Positions 50,501 to 60,000 of a stretch of DNA of 64,000 bases are shown here, one piece after another. The stretch comes from an uncultured Acidobacteriota bacterium (lineage in GTDB: Bacteria > Acidobacteriota > Thermoanaerobaculia > Multivoradales > UBA5704). The notes under the pieces are model-generated. The model was not told the origin of the DNA, searched no databases, and worked only from the letters and a program-made list of their open reading frames with translations. The number at the start of each line of letters is the position of its first letter. Position 1 is the stretch's first letter. The stretch lies in assembly GCA_963756455.1 (NCBI GenBank), contig CAVWNC010000004.1, forward strand, positions 958,397 through 1,022,396, in the 5' to 3' direction. The translations under genes and the position numbers were made by a program.

Positions 50501-53500
50501 CAGGCTCGTGCCGGTGCCGTGGGCCTCCAGGTAATCGACCGCCGCCGGCTCGACGCCGGCCTGTGCCAGGGCCTCGCGGAGGACCCGCTCCTGGGCCGGG
50601 CCGTTGGGCACTGTGAGGCCGCTCGCGGCGCCGTCGTGGTTGACCGCCGAGCCGGGGAGGAGGGCCAGCACGCGGTCGCCGTCGCGCCGGGCGTCGGCCA
50701 GGCGTTTCAGGACGACGACGCCGCAGCCCTCGCCTCGGACGTAGCCGTTGGCGCGGGCGTCGAAGGTCCGGCACCGCCCGTCGGGCGACAGCATGCCGGT
50801 CTTCGACATGTGGATCATGCCGCTCGGGCTGAGGATCGCGTTGACGCCGCCGGCGAGGGCGAGATCGCAGCGGCCGGAGCGCAGGTGGTCGCAGGCCAGG
50901 CTGACCGCCACGAGCGACGAGCTGCAGGCGGTGTCGATCGCCTGGTTCGGTCCCTGGAGCCCCAGGACGTGGCTGATCCGGCCGACCCCGGTGCTGTGCG
51001 CCGTGCCGGTGGCGAAATAGGTGTCCCCCAGGCCATCGCCGCGGGCGAGGAGCTCGCCGTAGTCGCTCGTGCTCAACCCCATGAAAACGCCCGTGCGGCT
51101 GTCCACCAGGCTCGCCGGGGCGATGCCGGCGTGCTCCAGGGCCTCCCAGCTGACTTCGAGGAGCCAACGATGCTGGGGGTCGAGGCTCGCCGCCTCGCGC
51201 GGGCTGATGCCGAAAAACGCCGCATCGAAGCGGTCGGCCTCGCCCAGGAACCCGCCGTCCCGGGTGTACATCTTCCCCGGCGCTTGCGGGTCGGGGTCAT
51301 AGAACGCCTCGCGGTCCCAGCGCTCGGGCGGCACCGGCCCGACGGCGTCCGTCCCGGTCTCCAAGAGCCGCCAGAAGGCGTCGAGGTCGGGTGCCTGGGG
51401 GAAGCGGCAGGCCATGCCGACGAGGGCCACGGGCTCAGCGGTCTCCGTCCCTGCCGACACCGCCGGCCGTGGACTGGACGGACGGACGACCGTCTCCTCT
51501 CCCGCCTCCCCGAGCTGGCCGAGGAGGTGGTCGGCGAGACGATGGACGCTCGGGTAGTCGAAAGCGAGGGTTGAGGGCGGCGGCGGGGCGAGTGCGAGGT
51601 CGCGCTGGACGCGGTTGCGCAGCTCGACCGCCATCAGCGAGTCCATGCCGAGGTCGAAGAAGCCGGCCTCCCCATCCGGCGGGGAGGCGAGCTGCAAGAC
51701 CTCGACGACCTGGCGCTCCAGGTAAGCGCGTAGCTCGTCCTGGCGTCCCTTGGGGGAGACGGCGCGCAAGCGGGCGAGCGACGCGGCTTCGCGGTTCGGG
51801 CGGGTCGGGAGCGCCGGAGGAGGCGGCAGGAGATCCTCGACCAGCGAGGCCGACCGCGCTCCTGCTCGGGCGGCGAAGCGCCGCCAGTCGACCGCCGCCA
51901 CCAGGGCCTGGGGTGGACCGCCGGCGAGCAGGCGGCCGAGAGCGCCGAGGGCCTCGCCGGCCGCGAGGAGCTCGCCGCCCTGGGCACGATAGGCACCGGC
52001 GGCCTGAGGGTGGGAGGCCGCCATCCCTCCGATGCCGGCGATGTCCCAGAGCCCCCAATCGACCGCGAGCGCCGGCAGGCCGAGCCCGCGGCGGTGGTGC
52101 GCGAGAGCATCGAGAAAGGCGTTGGCGGCGGCGTAGTTGGCCTGCCCCGGCGCTCCCAGGACCGACACCGCCGACGAGTAGAGGACGAAGAAGTCGAGCG
52201 GATCTTCCCGCGTCAGAAGGTGGAGAGCCCAGGCGCCGCGGAGCTTGGGCACCAGGACGGCGTCGAAACGCTCGGCGCTCTGCTGGGCGAGGACGCCGTC
52301 GTCGAGGGTGCCGGCGGCGTGGACGACGCCGTGGAGGGGCGCCGACCGCCGCAGCTCGGCGAGGATCTCCGCCAGCCTCGCCTCGTCGGCCACGTCGCCC
52401 AGGAAGCAGCGGACGGCGCAGCCGCCGGCGCGGAGGGCGTCGAGCCTCGCCTCAACCGCGGGGCCGGCCGGCCGGCGCGCCAGGAGAGCGAGGCTCCGCG
52501 CTCCTGCCGCGGCCAGCCACTCGGCCGTCCGGAGGCCCAGCGCCCCGAGCCCGCCGGCGATCAGGTAGGTGCCGTCGGTGCGGAATGCGAAGCGCTCCTC
52601 CCCCTGGGGCATCGGGAGCCGGACGAGCCGGGGCACGTAGCGGTTGCCGCCGCGAAGGACGACCTCCTCCTCAGGGCCGGGGGCAAGGAGCTCCGCAATC
52701 AGGAGATCGACCTCTTCCGCTCCCAGCGGGTCCGCAGTGAGGTCGATCCGCGCGCACCGCGCCGCCGGCCGTTCGAGGGCGATCACCCGCCCGAGCCCCC
52801 AGACGGGCGCCTGGGCCGGGTGGACCGGAGCCTCGCCGTTCCCTTCTCCATTCCCGATATCCTGCACGCCGCGGGTCAGAAGCCAGAGGGGGACGCTCCG
52901 CCACTCCGCCGCCCCCTCGACTGCCCGCGCGAGATGGAGGACGCTCCGGCAGCCCCGCTCCTGGGCGGCGAGGAGCCCGTCGCCGGAGAGCTCGCCCTCG
53001 GGCGTCTCCGCCCAGAGGTGGAGGATGCCGCGGCAGGGCCGGCCGAGCGCCCGGGCCTCTTCCCGCACCTCGTCCAGGAGGCGGGCGTAGCCGGCCTCGT
53101 CCGCGGGGGGGATCGCCGTCTCGCGCGGGCCGGTCCGCGCGTAGGACTCCCCGGGGAGGGCTACGAAGCACACCTCGCCCACGGCCCCAAGCCGGGCGGC
53201 GAGATCGCGCCCCAGGGAGCCGCCGTCGGCAAAGAGGAGCCAGGAGCCCTCCTCCCCGGGGCCCGCCGCCAACAGTGCCGGCTCCGCCGTCTCCGGCCGT
53301 GGGCGAGGCCGCCATTCCAGCCCGTAGAGCGGCAGGCTGTCCTGCCGCTCCGCGTAGGGGACGAGGTTTTCGAGTTGGGCGCGGTTCGCGCGATCGAGCT
53401 CCGCCCAGCGGCTCGCGGGCTCCTTCCTGGCGGTCAAGAGGACGTAGCGCGCGAGGCCCCTCTCCAGCATCCGCCCGAGCTGGTGGTAGGAACGGGCCGA

Positions 53501-56500
53501 CGCGGCGACGTTCCGGTCGACCTCCCGGGCCCCATCGGCGACCTCCGTCGCGTTGCGCTCGAAGTCCTCGTCATGGAGAAAGTTGGCGATCTCCCGGCTG
53601 ATGTCGATCGACTCGGTCAGCCGGAGACGGTGGGTCGAAAGGAGCTGCACCCACTCTTCGCAGGTCGAGAAGAAGGACGAGGTCTCCTCGTGTTCGATGC
53701 CGGTGTCCGAGGTCGAGAGGAAGTCGGCAAGGACGAGGAGGCCGCCGTCGTCCAGATGCCGCTCGATGTTCGCGAAGAGGCGTGCCTTCTCGCGGATGTG
53801 GTGGGCCACCTCGAAGCCGAAGACGAGCTGGTAGCGGGCGGGAAAATCGTCCTCCGCGCTGTTCCGGTGGAAGATCTCGACCCTGGAGGCGAGCCCTTCC
53901 TCGGCCAGCCGGCGGCGACCGAAGGCCGCCTGCTCCCCTGAGAGGGTATAGCCGTGGAGCCGGAGGTGGGAGTGGGCCTGGGCGAGGAGGACGAGGTCGC
54001 TCCCCATCCCGCAGCCGAAGTCCAGGGCGCTCGCGATCTCGGCGAAGGGGACCTTCGCGAAGAGCGCCCGGCGCATCTCCTGCTGCGCCCGGCGCACCAG
54101 GGCGGCCTGCTCCGGATAGCGCTCCGGCTGGCCCATCGCCCGCACCCAGGAGAACCCCGGGACGCGCTGCGGCAGCGGCCCGAAGGTCAGGAAGGGGGCC
54201 TCCGTCCGCCCTTCGAGCCCGCGGAGGAGGGCATCGTAGTAGTCGGCGACGACGGTCCCCGGAGTGGCGTCAGAGCTTCCGGAGCCGCCGGGCGTACCAG
54301 AGGGGACGCGGACCCAGACGCGACGCCGCGCGAAGGGATAGGTGGGGAGGGTGAGCTTGCGGCGCGGCCAGGGCCGGTCCCAGGCGGCGAAGTCGGGGGT
54401 GACGCCGCGGACGTAGAGCCTCGCCACGGCCTCGGCGAGCTGGCGTCCCTCGCTCCGCTCCCGGCGCAGGGAGGGGACCAGCTCCGGCCGCGGCACCGAC
54501 TCCGGCCAGGCGCGGCCGGCCATGCCTGTGAGCACCGCCTGCGGACCGACTTCGAGGAGCACCCCGACGCCTTCCGCGGCGAGGGTGCGGACGCTCTCCC
54601 CGAACTGCACGGGCTCCCGGGCGTGCCGCCGCCAATAGAGAGCTTCCAGAACCTGGCCGGCCGCCGGTGGCCGGCCGGTCAAGTTGGTCACCAGGAGCCG
54701 CTGGGCGGGGCGGAAGTCGACGACGCTCGCAGCGGCTTCGAAAGCGTCGAGGACCGGCTCGACGAGGACGGAGTGGAAGGCGTGAGAGGTGGCCAAGACC
54801 TTGCCGCGCACGCCGCGCTCCGCGAGCCGCGCCACGAGAGCCAGGAGCCTCGCCTGCGGACCGCTCACCACGACGTGGGCGCCGTTGTCGGCGGCCAAGG
54901 CCAGCCCCTCCTCTCGCGCCAGCTCCCGCTCGATCGTCCCGACGTCAGTGAAGAGAGAGGCCATGCCGCCGCCGGCCGGCAGGCTTCCCATGAGCTCGGC
55001 GCGCCGGGCGATCAACGCTAGCCCCTCTTCGAGGGTGAAGACGCCGGCGACGACCGCCGCCGCGTACTCCCCGACGCTGTGGCCCAGGACCACGTCCGGC
55101 TCGACGCCCCAGCTCCGCCAGAGCTCGGCCAGGGCCACCTCGACGGCGAAGAGCGCCGGTTGGGTGTAGCGGGTGTCGTCCAGGAGAGCCGGGGCGCCAT
55201 TGCCTCCCGCCGCGGCGAAGAGCACGTCGAGGAGCGGGCGGTCGAGCTTCCCCCGGAGCCCCTGGGCACAGCGCTCAAGGATATCCCGGAAGACCGGCTG
55301 GGTGCGGTGGAGCTCGCGGGCCATCCCCGGGTACTGGCTGCCCTGTCCGGGGAAGAGCCAGGCGACCTTGGGCCGGCCGCGGACCTGGCCGCGGAAGAGA
55401 CCGGGAGCGCCCTCGCCCACCCGCAGCTGGCCGAGGAGCTCCCGCGCCTCGGCCGCCGAGCCGGCGACGAGGGCCGCCCGCTCTTCCAGGGGGTGGCGCC
55501 CCACCCCGAGGGTGTAGGCGACGTCCGCCAAGTCGGCGGTAGGATGCTCGGCGAGCCAGGCGAGCTGGCGGCCTGCCAGCGCGGGGAGGGCGGCGGCGGC
55601 GCGTCCCGAGAGGGTCCACACGTGCTCGCCGCGCTCGGCCGGTGCGGCGGGCGTTATCGGAGCCTGCGACGGTATCGGAGCTTCGGCCAGCACCACGTGG
55701 GCGTTGGTGCCGGCGAAGCTGAAGGCGCTCACCCCGGCGATCCGCGGACCCGCGGGCCAGGGGACGGGCTCGGCCGCGACCCGCAGCGGCAGCCGCTCCC
55801 AGGGGATGTGGGGATTCGGGCGGACGAAGTGGAGCTGCCGAGGGATGACGGGCTTCTGGAGCGCGAGGACGACCTTGATCAGCCCGGCGATCCCGGCCGC
55901 CGCTTCGAGGTGGCCCAAGTTGGTCTTGACCGCCCCGACGTAGAGCGGCCGGCCAGGCTCCCGGCCGGAGCCGAAGGCGGCGCCGGCGGCTTCCATCTCG
56001 ATCGGATCGCCCAGGCTCGTCCCCGTGCCGTGGGCTTCCAGGTAGGCGACGTCTTTGGGCTCGACCCCGCTCCGCTTCAGAGCCTCGCGGATCACCCGTT
56101 CCTGGGCGCGGCCGTTGGGCACCGTGAGGCCGCTGCTCGCCCCATCCTGGTTGACGGCGCTGCCCCGGACCACCGCGAGCACCGGGTCGCCGTCTCGCTG
56201 CGCGTCCGCCAGGCGCTTGAGGACGACCGCGCCGCACCCTTCGCTCCGCGCATAGCCGTCGGCCGCGGCGTCAAAGGACTTGCAGCGGCCGTCCGGGGCG
56301 AGCATCCGGGCCTTCGAGAAGTTGATCATGGCGAGCGGGGTGAGGACGGCGTTGACGCCGCCCGCGAGCGCCAGGTCGCACTCCCGGGAGAGCAGGCTCC
56401 GGCAGGCGAGGTGCACCGCCACGAGCGACGAGCTGCAGGCGGTATCGATGGCCATATTGGGTCCTTCGAGGCCGAGGAGGTAGCTGATCCGGCCCACCGC

Positions 56501-57091
56501 CGCGCTGTGCGAGATCCCGGTGCCCAGGTAGGCGTCGACCGCCGCCTCCCCCTGCGCGGCGAGGAGCTGGCCGTAGTCGCTGGTGCTCAATCCCATGAAG
56601 ACGCCGGTGCGGCTGCCGAGCCGCGCTCCCGGCGCCTGGCCGGCGGCCTCCAGGGCCTCCCAGCTGATCTCCAGGAGGAGACGGTGCTGGGGATCGAGGC
56701 TTACCGCCTCGCGGGGCGAGATGCCGAAGAACTCAGGGTCGAAGAGATCCATGCGGTCGAGGAAGCCGCCGTAGCGGGTACAGATCTTCCCCGGCGCCTC
56801 GGGATCGGGATCGTAGTAGGCGTCGACGTCCCAGCGGTCCGGCGGCACCTCCCGGATGCCGTCGCGGCCGTCTTCCAGGAGCGCCCAGAAGGACGCGGGA
56901 TCGTCGCAGCCGCCGGGGAAGCGGCAGGCGACGCCGACGATCGCCACCGGCTCGCTGCGCTCCCCGTCGACGGCCGTTTCGAGCTCCCGCACCCGGGCCT
57001 GGAGCTTCTGGATGGCGCGCACGGCGTTGCGCAGCTGGTCCGCGGCGGGGCTTTTGGTGTCAGGCGTGCTGTCGGTCGTGGTGTCGGTCAT
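47582..57091 (-). CDS. Type I PKS 'PKS-B' (about 3170 aa): N-terminal docking, KS, AT(malonyl), cMT, KR, ACP, KS, AT-like(Ser->Gly), ACP, alpha/beta-hydrolase domain, C-terminal tail
   Basis: The true start MTDTTTDST... (ATG 57089-57091) overlaps the PKS-A TGA. The track's upstream 244 codons are an off-gene extension. KS1: EPVAIVGVACRFPGG, DTACSSSLVAVHLA, HGTGT. AT1: GHSVGEYAA with HAFH (malonyl-type). cMT: LDFGCGMGSD. KR: GTYLIAGGLGALG, GQANYAAAN. ACP: LGMDSL. KS2: EPVALVGMACRFP, DTACSSSLVAVSLAC, NIGHLEAAAG. AT-like 2: FPGLQEAAGS and GDGVGEY in place of GQGSQ/GHSxG. ACP2: LGMDSMVATEL. Esterase-like domain and tail: see the separate feature. Confidence 0.9.
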   Translation of the reverse strand: MTDTTTDSTPDTKSPAADQLRNAVRAIQKLQARVRELETAVDGERSEPVAIVGVACRFPGGCDDPASFWALLEDGRDGIREVPPDRWDVDAYYDPDPEAPGKICTRYGGFLDRMDLFDPEFFGISPREAVSLDPQHRLLLEISWEALEAAGQAPGARLGSRTGVFMGLSTSDYGQLLAAQGEAAVDAYLGTGISHSAAVGRISYLLGLEGPNMAIDTACSSSLVAVHLACRSLLSRECDLALAGGVNAVLTPLAMINFSKARMLAPDGRCKSFDAAADGYARSEGCGAVVLKRLADAQRDGDPVLAVVRGSAVNQDGASSGLTVPNGRAQERVIREALKRSGVEPKDVAYLEAHGTGTSLGDPIEMEAAGAAFGSGREPGRPLYVGAVKTNLGHLEAAAGIAGLIKVVLALQKPVIPRQLHFVRPNPHIPWERLPLRVAAEPVPWPAGPRIAGVSAFSFAGTNAHVVLAEAPIPSQAPITPAAPAERGEHVWTLSGRAAAALPALAGRQLAWLAEHPTADLADVAYTLGVGRHPLEERAALVAGSAAEARELLGQLRVGEGAPGLFRGQVRGRPKVAWLFPGQGSQYPGMARELHRTQPVFRDILERCAQGLRGKLDRPLLDVLFAAAGGNGAPALLDDTRYTQPALFAVEVALAELWRSWGVEPDVVLGHSVGEYAAAVVAGVFTLEEGLALIARRAELMGSLPAGGGMASLFTDVGTIERELAREEGLALAADNGAHVVVSGPQARLLALVARLAERGVRGKVLATSHAFHSVLVEPVLDAFEAAASVVDFRPAQRLLVTNLTGRPPAAGQVLEALYWRRHAREPVQFGESVRTLAAEGVGVLLEVGPQAVLTGMAGRAWPESVPRPELVPSLRRERSEGRQLAEAVARLYVRGVTPDFAAWDRPWPRRKLTLPTYPFARRRVWVRVPSGTPGGSGSSDATPGTVVADYYDALLRGLEGRTEAPFLTFGPLPQRVPGFSWVRAMGQPERYPEQAALVRRAQQEMRRALFAKVPFAEIASALDFGCGMGSDLVLLAQAHSHLRLHGYTLSGEQAAFGRRRLAEEGLASRVEIFHRNSAEDDFPARYQLVFGFEVAHHIREKARLFANIERHLDDGGLLVLADFLSTSDTGIEHEETSSFFSTCEEWVQLLSTHRLRLTESIDISREIANFLHDEDFERNATEVADGAREVDRNVAASARSYHQLGRMLERGLARYVLLTARKEPASRWAELDRANRAQLENLVPYAERQDSLPLYGLEWRPRPRPETAEPALLAAGPGEEGSWLLFADGGSLGRDLAARLGAVGEVCFVALPGESYARTGPRETAIPPADEAGYARLLDEVREEARALGRPCRGILHLWAETPEGELSGDGLLAAQERGCRSVLHLARAVEGAAEWRSVPLWLLTRGVQDIGNGEGNGEAPVHPAQAPVWGLGRVIALERPAARCARIDLTADPLGAEEVDLLIAELLAPGPEEEVVLRGGNRYVPRLVRLPMPQGEERFAFRTDGTYLIAGGLGALGLRTAEWLAAAGARSLALLARRPAGPAVEARLDALRAGGCAVRCFLGDVADEARLAEILAELRRSAPLHGVVHAAGTLDDGVLAQQSAERFDAVLVPKLRGAWALHLLTREDPLDFFVLYSSAVSVLGAPGQANYAAANAFLDALAHHRRGLGLPALAVDWGLWDIAGIGGMAASHPQAAGAYRAQGGELLAAGEALGALGRLLAGGPPQALVAAVDWRRFAARAGARSASLVEDLLPPPPALPTRPNREAASLARLRAVSPKGRQDELRAYLERQVVEVLQLASPPDGEAGFFDLGMDSLMAVELRNRVQRDLALAPPPPSTLAFDYPSVHRLADHLLGQLGEAGEETVVRPSSPRPAVSAGTETAEPVALVGMACRFPQAPDLDAFWRLLETGTDAVGPVPPERWDREAFYDPDPQAPGKMYTRDGGFLGEADRFDAAFFGISPREAASLDPQHRWLLEVSWEALEHAGIAPASLVDSRTGVFMGLSTSDYGELLARGDGLGDTYFATGTAHSTGVGRISHVLGLQGPNQAIDTACSSSLVAVSLACDHLRSGRCDLALAGGVNAILSPSGMIHMSKTGMLSPDGRCRTFDARANGYVRGEGCGVVVLKRLADARRDGDRVLALLPGSAVNHDGAASGLTVPNGPAQERVLREALAQAGVEPAAVDYLEAHGTGTSLGDPIELRAAGAVFGEGREAGRPLLVGSVKTNIGHLEAAAGVAGLIKVVLALSRGRLPKHLHFETPSPHVDWERLPLSVLAEAAPWPRKERIAAVSAFGFSGTNAHVVVTAPPPPEEAAEPAAERTHHLLVLSAKSRPALVELAERYARRLLEPLEHPEASLPDVSFTAGTGRSHLEHRAAVVAASAAEAGALLHGLARGEIVPGLSLGSSRAARPRCAWLFPGLQEAAGSPAAAGRGLRRSQPVFQEQMERCEQLAGGPPLAAGPALLALELALADLWRSWGFEPDVVLGDGVGEYAAAVAAGALATEEAFRLVAQFPQGPSVAELAAWSERASGPARLALSGDDLIEAGCGVLLTVGPETAAGDGALPEGMVRIAGLNEGDVEGDADRQIAQAVARLFVEGFAPDFAAWDRPWRRRRVELPTYPFERRRHWIGTGSGRQEPPEASPAAVGSTPEERLAFIRSRIEREVQAALALPEPPAPRQDFLELGMDSMVATELTRRLEAALGLSLASTAFLDHRSVASLAAYVAGRLGSPPSAQAAAPVATPAAVAAGPGGAFWQRQLEASEPPLPRVPVDGTQGGIGPVPLLLWPEGAPGSLGSEPEDRPTLRIYTPASELATGTAIVVCPGGGYSAHAMDTEGHQVAEWLQTLGVTAVVLGYRLAPRYRHPAPFEDVRRAVRYVRSRAADLGVSPRRVGVMGFSAGGHLAATLATRHDDGDAAAGDPVERYGCRPDFLVLAYPVISLMEWLSVVTRRSLLGDDPDPALLDALSADRHVDERTPPTFLFHTGEDGAVAVEHSLAFFGALRRARVPAELHVFPWGAHGAGLAAGDPVLAAWKERLHDWLRASGFLADVERAAVEGEVTVDGKPVDFGTITFLPIDPTRDLTRDPTRMPLASGPIHIGRYTIPAHRGPAVGESRVEIRVLGGLGSAPTVLRPTLVEETTVRIDRGESSLSFHLGPRAGLASGSVGSVE
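48023..48690 (-). other. Terminal alpha/beta-hydrolase (esterase/lipase 'fold-3'-like) domain of PKS-B, followed by a 146-aa C-terminal region of unknown function (47585-48022)
   Basis: TLRIYTP...AIVVCPGGGYS (HGGG-type oxyanion motif, here PGGG), GFSAGGHLAA (GxSxG nucleophile), FLFHTGEDG and HVFPWGAHG (likely acid and His). No GxSxG...GxH canonical PKS TE pattern is present. The tail reads ...VTVDGKPVDFGTITFLPIDPTRDLTRDPTRMPLASGPIHIGRYTIPAHRGPAVGESRVEIRVLGG... Confidence 0.6.
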
Positions 57092-60000
57092 GGTTGGAGA
57101 TCGTCCGGCGAGAGGATCGCGGCGAGCTGGCGGCTCAGGAGGTCCGACAGCTGATCGGCGGAAAGCTCGTCGAGCCCGTCGCTCTCGGACGCCGCGGACG
57201 CCTGGGGGACGGCCTCCGGCACCGACGGCGCGGCGAAACGGGCGGCGGGGATCCCGTCCGGCGCCTCGGGCGCGGCAAGCTCGGGAGTCGAGGGCCGGTC
57301 GTCGAGGCGCTCGACCAGGTGGGCGGCGAGGGCGCGGACGCTCGGGTGGTCGAAAAGCGCCGTCGGCGAGAGCGCGCTCCCCAGCCGGAGCTCCTGGTTG
57401 ATGCGGTTGCGCAGCTCGACCACCATCAGCGAATCCATGCCGAGATCGAAGAGCCCGGCGTCCGGGGCGACCGGCGAGGGGAGGCCGAGGACCCGCATGA
57501 CCTCCTGGCCGAGGTACTCCATCAACAGGGAGAGACGCGCCTCCTCCGGGGCACGCTCCAGCCGGCGGCGGAGCCCCGAGCGCGCCGGCGTGCCGGGGCT
57601 CGCGGATGGGGCGGTCAGGACTTCGGCGAGGAAGGGCGGCACTCCCCTGCCGCCGAGCCTGTCCGCGAAGCGCCGCCAGTCGATCGGCAGGACGCCCACT
57701 TGGGAGCGGCCGCTCGCCAGGGCGCGACCGAGCGCCAGAAGCCCCTGCTCCGGCGCGATCCAGTCGAGACCGAGATCTGAAACCCGCGACTCCGCCCGGA
57801 CGGCGGCGCCGATCCCCGACCACGCTCCCCAGTTGATGCTTAAAGCCGGCAGGCCAGAGGCCCGGCGGTGGCGGGCCAGGAGGTCGAGGAAGGTGTTCGC
57901 CGCCGCGTGGTTCGCCTGCCCGCGATTGCCGAGGAGCGCGGCGGTACTGGAGAAAAGGACGAAGTGGTCGAGCGGGCGACCGGCGGTCAGCCGGTGGAGG
58001 TGCCAGGCCCCCTGCACCTTGGCGGCCAGAACCTCCTCGAAGCGCTGCCAGGTCTGGTTCAGGAGCGCGCCGTCCCGGAGGACTCCGGCCAGATGGAAGA
58101 CGCCGGCGAGCGGCCTGCTGTCCCGCGTCGCGCGCTCCAGCCAGCGGCGCACGTCAGACTCCTGCGAGACGTCTCCGGTGATCACCTCGATATCGATGGT
58201 GCCGGCGGTGTTGGCACCGAGCCGGCGCAGATCGTCCAGGGCCGCTTCGGCCTTGGGGCCGGGCGGCCGGCGGCCGGCAAGGAGCAGGTGACGCGCCCCC
58301 TGGGAGGCGAGCCAGCGGGCGACCGCCAGGCCGAGCCCGCCGAGGCCGCCGGTGAGGAGGAATGTCCCTTCGGGAGAGAAGGCGGGCGGCGCGGGCTCCC
58401 CCAACTCGCACCGCACGAGGCGGGGCACCCGCCAACGTCCGCCCCGCCGGGCGAGCTGGTCCTCACCCTCCGGCCGCAGGAGCTCCGCCGTCAGCGCGTC
58501 CAGAGCTCCCGAGGAGTCCTCGGCAGGGTCGCCGAGCCCCACCGCCTCGAAGTCCACCCGCCGGCAGGCGAGCTCCGGGTGCTCCAGGGCGAGCACCTTG
58601 GCGAGCCCCCAGATCGGCGCCTGGGCGAGGGAGTCGCAGGCCTCCTTAGCCGTCACCTGCGCTCCCCGGGTCACCACCCAGAGCCCTCCCTGGGCCAGCG
58701 CATCCCGACGCGCCAGGGCTACGGCGAGCGCCAGGAGGCTGCCGCAGCCGTGCCGGACATCGGAACTCAGAGTGTCAGCCGACTCGGTAAGGGTCTCGGC
58801 GGTCGGCGCCGCGTCGAGGCTCCACAGGTGGACGACCCCGCGGAGCGGCGGCGCCCCGGCGAACGCCTCGGCGAGGAGGCGCTCCCAGTCCCGCGCGTCC
58901 TCTCCGGGGAGACGGTAGCGATCCTCGCCGGTCCGCGCGTACCCCTTCCCCGGCTCGACGAGCGGCTCGACGAGAATGCAGCGCTGGCCGCGGCGGGCGA
59001 GTCGCTCTGCCAGGGCCGCCCCCACGGACGTCCGGTCCGCCGCGATCAGCCAGGAGCCGGCCGGCTCGGCCGGAGGCCGCCACTCCGGAGCGGCCCGCGC
59101 CACGAGGATCGCCTGGCTGTCCACCCCGGCGGGGGCGATCGCCACCGGTTCCCAATAGCCGGAGGCTTCGAAGGCGCGCGACCACCCCGCGGCGGAGAGG
59201 AGCGGATAGTCCGTCCGCAGCCCGTCGGCGAAACGCCACCAGCCCTCGAGAAGACCGAAGGTGAGATCGAGCCACCCCTGGGGACGGAGGCCCTCGACCA
59301 GAAGCAGCAGCCCGCCCGGCGCGAGCAGCCGGCGCACATGCTCGAGAGCCGCCCCGAGGTCGCGGGTGGCGTGGAGCACGTTGGCGGCGAGGACGAGGTC
59401 GAACGGCCCGGTCTCCCCCTGCTCGGAGGGCGGGCGTTCGAGGTCGAAGGTCCGATAGCGCACGAAGCCGTAGCCGGCGAAGCGCTGCCGCGCGGCGTCG
59501 AAGAAACCGGCCGAGACGTCGGTGTAGAGGTAGTCCACCCGCCCGGCGGGGAGGAGGGGGAGGATCGCCGCGGTCGTGGCGCCGGTGCCGGCGCCGACCT
59601 CCAGGACCCTCAGTCGCCGGCCGGCCGGGAGATCCCGCAAGGCGGCGGTCACGGTCTCCCCGGCCAAGCGGTTGAAGAGCCGAGGGCCGGCGGCCTCGCG
59701 GTAGAGATCCTCGACGCCCGGGCCGTCCGGGGGGAAAAGGAGGGCCAAGGGGTCGGACCGGCCGGTAAGGACGGACGCGAGATCGGCGCCGCAGCGGCCG
59801 AGGAGCGCCAGCTCGACCCGCGCCTCGGGGTAGCTCGCGGCGAGCTCTGCGCGCCGCCGCTCCGGGTCGACCGGCTCCGGGGCTCGCGCGACCTTCCATC
59901 CGTCGGCACGGGCGGCGGCGGGGGCGAGCCAGCCGGCCTCGCCCAGGATGGCGAGGAGGCGCCCCAGGAGCTTGCGATGCGCCGGAGCGATGCCCAGGCG

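Noticed and set aside
57092-57823. N-terminal 244-codon extension of the PKS-B ORF (MVGDRRRRPGGVAG...)
   Set aside because: Off-frame read-through across the PKS-A 3' end. The real start is MTDTTTDST at 57091, which forms the ATGA overlap.
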